DNA from: the human T2T-CHM13v2.0 reference genome, Homo sapiens
DNA length: 64,000 nucleotides
Assembly (NCBI RefSeq): GCF_009914755.1
Contig: NC_060932.1
Direction: 5' to 3' (one strand)
The translations under genes were made by a program, and so were the position numbers. A model generated the notes under the pieces. That model was not told where the DNA came from. It was given only the letters and a program-made list of their open reading frames with translations, and made no database searches. This document shows positions 58,590 to 64,000 of the stretch, one piece after another (within the stretch, counting starts at the first letter, position 1; every line of letters begins with the position of its first letter).

Positions 58590-59480
58590 CCCCGTCCTTC
58601 TCCACCTGCACGGGCACCCACTGAAGCACAGGACCCTTCTGCCAAGCCATGAGCCTTCTCAGGCCCCTGCCGCCCGCCTCGCCTGAGGCTGCGCTTCTGA
58701 AAAGCACGCGGCGCTGGCCTGCGCACCACCCAGTCTGAAGGCGACGCCCCTGCACGAAGGAGTCAGGCCTAGGGGCTCGGGACCCAGGGCGACACTCAAT
58801 TTTCTAACAGGAGCCACAGCCCAGAAGCTGAGAAGCCTTCCGGCCGATCTGTGGCCCTGAGGTCGCCCTTGGAGGGCGAGTGAGAACCCCCCAGGCGTTC
58901 CGGAGGTGGCGCCCAGCCCGAACCCGGCGCCCGCCCCGGCTTCCCGAGTCAGGTCTTTGCCCCGCCTCTCGGCCCCGCGGCCTGGCCGGCAAGCAGGGCT
59001 GCAGTCACGGGGCGGCGCGGAGGGCCCCAGCCCAGTCAGGGGTGTGGCCGCCGCCACCGTAAGGCTAGGCCGCGAGCTTAGTCCTGGGAGCCGCCTCCGT
59101 CGCCGCCGTCAGAGCCGCCCTATCAGGTGTGTTTGCAGCCGAACTGGCAGTGCCCGCGGGCGGCTGGGCCGAGGCCTTGGCTCCTACCCGCGGGGGTCGG
59201 GCGGGCTGAGGCTGGAGCAGGCCAGGGGCGGGGGCAGAGGGGGACGGACTTCCAGCATCGCTCATTCGGGGGCGTGACGGGAGGACCTGGCTGGGGAGCG
59301 GCGGGTTGGGAGCCTGTGGCTGCCCCTTCGGTGACAGTGGAGTCACCGAGCCTAGAAATGGGGAAGCTGTGACGTGGGGGTGGTGGAGGATGCTGCGGGA
59401 CAGCAGCGAGCACGGCCCTCAGCCGTCCTTCCCAACACGGTTTCACTTCCCCTCAGCTCCAGGGCTCAGCCCCAAGCCGC
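58590..59480. promoter_or_regulatory. CpG island promoter of CPQ
   Basis: The only extended CpG-dense, GC-rich block in the window. GC boxes at ~58930 (cccgcccc) and 59225 (ggggcgggg). No obvious TATA box. Confidence 0.9.
58970..59126 (+). other. CPQ: Non-coding exon 1 of carboxypeptidase Q (start approximate)
   Basis: Ends ...gagccgccctatcag|GTGTGT (donor at 59127) and contains no ATG. Identity rests on recalled CPQ 5' UTR sequence and the known SDC2-CPQ gene order. No CPQ coding exon is in the window. Confidence 0.8.
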
Positions 59481-62400
59481 CCCCTTCATCCCCCATCTGC
59501 AAACAATCCTGGTCCCCCTGAGCCTCCAATATGCCTTATGCAGTTCTTTTGGGGTTCCTTTCGCATTTTACCGTGTACTTTCGCTTTTGATGCGTCTAGT
59601 TTCTGCTACTGGACTCTCCTAGAATCGAAGTTCCATGAGGGCAAAGTCCCATCTGACTTAGGACTCAGAGCTACTCAATAAGTAATTGAATGAGTACCTA
59701 TGCCGTAGAACTGAGTGAATTAACAAATGAGTAAGTGAATAAATGAGTGCATACGAGATACAGCTGAATCAATCAGTGCATGAGTGAAAATAAAGATGTA
59801 TGAAGTGGAAGCAGTGGAGACGCAGGCTTACAACTCCTGTTTTTTGATAGCTTTCCAAAAAGTTGTGTGAATGTCGCACTTTTGCAAATGGAGGCATTCT
59901 GATTGGGACCACTTAAAAAGAGTTCTATGCTGTTCAAATGGTCTCTGGAAACGCCCCCTGGTATTTCCATTTTTGTTGGACTTGGCTATATGTGTTTGCT
60001 TAAAACAAAATATGCCTAGGTTTTTTCTTGCTTGTGTTTTGTTCACTTCTACTTTGGACGTTTAAAGAATCATTGTCACTATAATATTATTTCATGTATT
60101 TCTTAAAGATAAGGGTGACTCTGAAGGCAGAACCATATGACTCTGACTTGTTTGTAAAACCAGGCTTTTCTTTTGAATTCAGAGTTGTTAAGAATCTTGT
60201 CTGTTTTCCTGAGACAGGTGCTGGCTGATTTGCAGGTGACTGAAGAAGGCTACATAAGGCCCAGAAAGACGCTTATCTGTTTGTAAACAAATAGGCTTAG
60301 CACATAGCTTTAATACAGTTGGTCACTGCAGCCGTTCTTACTTGCCAGGTCCAGGTTCCAGAAGAGCTGGATGACCTTGGACTTGCCACTTGATCTCTTT
60401 AGGTTTTAATTTCTTAATCTCCAAAATGAAGATGTTTAGCTAGGAACCCTGCCTGAGTTAAACCTCTGGGATTCTTTTGTATCAGGGTTAGAAGGTGAAA
60501 TTACAGATGATTTCATGGAGTTCTGCTTACTTCACCTCCCATAGCATTTTGTCTCTGCTCTCTTCTTTGCTGTTTACAGCTCATTTCCTTTCTTCTCCAC
60601 ATCTGCAACAAGAAAGCCTGGGAGCTCAAGATAAGTGTAATAAACCCTAGGCTGGTGGGGAGAAAGGAGGGTAAGATTTTCTTCTACATTGTCACAGGCT
60701 CCTGGTCCTGGGTCTGACTTTTTTCCAGTGCAACCCAGTCTGACAATGCCATATATTCCCAGTATATCTGGGGAACTGCATCACTATTTCTTCGCATGCA
60801 TTTGAGATTAGTTATCATAGATCACATTTTGGAGCTGGAAGGACCTTGGAGATTTTTTAAAGGCACTTCAAAAGTCATTATACATACATATTTAAATATT
60901 TTTGCATGCTACATTTAACAAACACAAAGTTCCAAATGTGTTAAGTAAAATGAAATTAATGTTACCTACTTCAGTGAATTCAAGTTTATAAGGAGAAGTG
61001 GAATACACATGTTGCTTGGTGAAAAGGGCCAACTTTCTCACACTGTTTTCCCAATGAGGTCATGTGTCATACAGGCATGGAATGTTACAAAGCTGATATT
61101 TATGGGGCACTGACCATACACCAGGCACTGTTATATTTAACCTTTTTACTTATGTTGCCCCATTTAATCATCACTATATATCTAAGAGCTAGATACTATG
61201 GTAAGTCCTATTTGATCTTCTTAACTAGAAACAGTACATGGAAAATGGGAGAGTTAGGACTCAAAACTCAAGCAGATGGAAACAGGGTTTCTCCCAGAAA
61301 CAAGACAATCCTGCCAGGAAAAACTGTGTGACTTTGAAGAATGTGGTCTCTGTGTGTGTTCAAGCATATATACAAACCCTGGGTTATTTGGGTAAATGAA
61401 TTTAGAATGAGAGCACAGGGTGAAATGATGAAGACTGAATTATAGGGGAGTTGGTTGTTTTATCATTTTGAAAATTATTGAATTCCATTGAGATTCCAGG
61501 AGACTCTGATACTTTGACCTAGGTGCCCATGCATCTTAATTTTAAATGTGTTCAGACTTACCAATTTAGGGAATATAAAATGAGTGACATCGACAGCTGC
61601 CATCAGTGAATGGCACTTAAGGGCTTTGAACCATGAGTGCTAAGCAGTGTTGTTTCTTGGACTAGCTTTGTGCCCTTGGTAAGGCACTGCCTCCCAACCT
61701 CTTTCTTTATAAGACCAACAACCCCTAGTATAGACAAAGAACAATGCCTACATCTGTGTAATCCAGAGACAAGAATGCAGGATGGGTTTCCAGAACCCTT
61801 ATAATTAATTGAAGAGAGCAAAAGACGAAAAGAGAGGCCCATAAAATAAATGGGAAATTATTTTGTTTCTTTTTCGTCAGCCAAGTTTAGCCCCATGGAA
61901 AGCAGAGACCAGTTGTGGCCGCCTGAAAAACTAAGAGCTGATGCCAGTTTGATTTAGCTCAGGAGGCTGAAACTTTCTGCCCCGAAGGCTGGTGTGATGG
62001 AATAGACCTTCCCATTGCTCACAATATTATGAAAAAAACATTAAAGCAACAATTTTTATTACTTGCCCTGCAGCTAGAGCTTTAAAATGTACTTTCTTCT
62101 CCCCTACCCTCCCTAAACCACTTAGCTTTTAAAAACAAACAACCCATTCATGTGTTTGTTACAGTCACATTATTAGTTCTTTCTCTTTATTCCTGGGCCC
62201 TTTTCTTTAATGCAGCAAAGTATTTGGAGGGATGTACTTGTGGATCTGTGGAATTTTACTTTATTTTATTCAGAAAATATTAATTTCAATAACCATTTAT
62301 TGAGTGTATACTATGTGACAGGTAAAGATGAATGAGAACAAATCTAAATAGGAGAGTGACCCATCTGCAAACAATTGCACCACAGGGTAATGTGGAAGTA

Positions 62401-62702
62401 GTGGCCACTCACTCTTCCAGGAAAGAGGTATGATTGGAACTCAGGAAGACTTTGCAGAGAAGGTGAATTTTGAACTGTGTTTTAAAGCCTAAAGACCAAG
62501 CAGAGGGAGAAGGGTATTCCAAGAATGGAGAACAACAAGAGCAAGGAAAAGGAGGCAAGTATGAACATGGCATTCTTCAGGAGATGGGAGTTCAGTGTGG
62601 CTGTGGTAGGGAGGTGTGGTAAGGTTAGGGCCAGACAGTGATGGTCCTTGAATGTCATGTTATTTAAACTTTATCACAGTCTAGATAATCCTTTTCAGCA
62701 TT

Positions 62703-63000
62703 ATTTTTGTTTTGTTTTGTTTTGAGGCAAGGCCTCTCTCTGTCACCCAGGCTGGAGTGCCGTGGCAAGATCTCACTGCGACTTCCGCCTCCCGGTTCAA
62801 GTGATTCTCCTGCCTCAGCCTCCCAAGTAGCTGGGACTACAGGCACACACCACTACAGCCTGGCTAATTTTTTTATTTTTAGTAGAGACGGGACTTTGCC
62901 ATGTGGGCCAGGTTGATCTCGACCTTCTGGCTTCAAGCTATCTGCCTGCCTTGGCCTCCCAAAGTGTTGGGATTACAGGCATGAGCCACTGTGCCTGGCT
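62703..63000 (-). mobile_element. Alu in CPQ intron 1
   Basis: 12-bp TSD cttttcagcatt (62691-62702, 63001-63012). Confidence 0.93.
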
Positions 63001-64000
63001 CTTTTCAGCATTTTTAAGCTGAATTTTAAACAGAGGAATGATATGATTGGATTTTCCTTAGAAAATAGCTACAGTAATAATGTTTCAGAAGAATTGGGGA
63101 AGGAAGAGCCAGAAGGCCACAGGAAAATGAAGATGCTATTGCCATAGGTCTAATGAAATAGGATAAGGATCTAAACTAAGATAGGTTTGAGAGACTATTT
63201 GAAGACAGAGCAGGATTAATGACTAGCTGGAGCTGGATATGGGAAATATGTTTGAAAATAATCTGAGGTTTTGGAATTGCTTAACTGGGTGAGTGGAGAT
63301 GCCACTAATGAGGGTAAGAAATATAAGGTGAGGAAGAAGTTTCGGGAGAAAGACGGTGAGTGAGCAGAGGTAGCTGTGGAACATCTGGGTGGAGATCCCA
63401 GGATATAGCCTTTTCTGTAGCTGTGCTGTGATGTCACACAGTCAAGACCTTGGCCAAACATTACAATAGGGCCTCAGTCTAAAAAGACACATCAATTTAA
63501 TAACTCACTTAAAAAATACATCATACTTATCTAATGACCATTACATTATATTTCAGGCAAGTTCTTAGAGAACTCTGATTCTTATGTAAGTGCCAGTGAA
63601 GGAAAAAAGATTGGAGACTCAAACAATGAGGAGTTATTATAAGCTGCCAGGAGAAACTGAAAAAGAGAAATACAGACCAGAGTCATTCAAAGGAACAAAG
63701 ATAAGGAAATGGCAGGAGTGTTGCAGAAAGCAGTGGTTTCTGAAGACACAGGTATAGGCAGATATGAAATACAGAGAAGAAATTTGAGCTGGCGCTTCCA
63801 AATAACTGTACTTCTTTAATGGTAAGATATCCCAAGCTTTGATTTCTCATCTTATTCACTTTGTCAGGAAGAGACAAACAGGTGTGGGTGCTGGGCAGAG
63901 GGCTTGATCTCATTTTGCAGAGAAAGTGTTTGGAGACTTTGAACTAAGCAAAGAGTAACAGGGAAAATAAGATAAAAATGAAAAGGGTAATGATTCGGAG

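Noticed and set aside
58534-59521. Many overlapping ORFs on both strands
   Set aside because: Stop-poor CpG-island DNA giving low-complexity Pro/Arg/Gly/Ala translations, with no coding signature.

Overview
Primate, almost certainly human, genomic DNA. The + strand carries the 3' half of SDC2 (syndecan-2): coding exons 2-5 at 7207-7318, 16121-16254, 22061-22196 and 23111-23274, then a ~2.2 kb 3' UTR. About 33 kb of repeat-rich intergenic DNA follows, then a CpG-island promoter and non-coding exon 1 (~58970-59126) that I recognise as CPQ. Gene identities and repeat family names are from recall, not from database searches. Most other ORFs in the track are chance frames or come from Alu/L1/LTR sequence. 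I see no new protein-coding system. The signals not explained by the annotation are several short local copies of nearby sequence: a perfect 43-bp inverted copy 2 kb apart, 97-bp and 56-bp direct copies in intron 3, and a 36-bp fold-back at an Alu 5' junction. Also notable are a gapless 150-bp palindrome in intron 2, a doubly inverted and internally deleted L1 inside an intact TSD, and an intron-4 layout that could produce a soluble SDC2.
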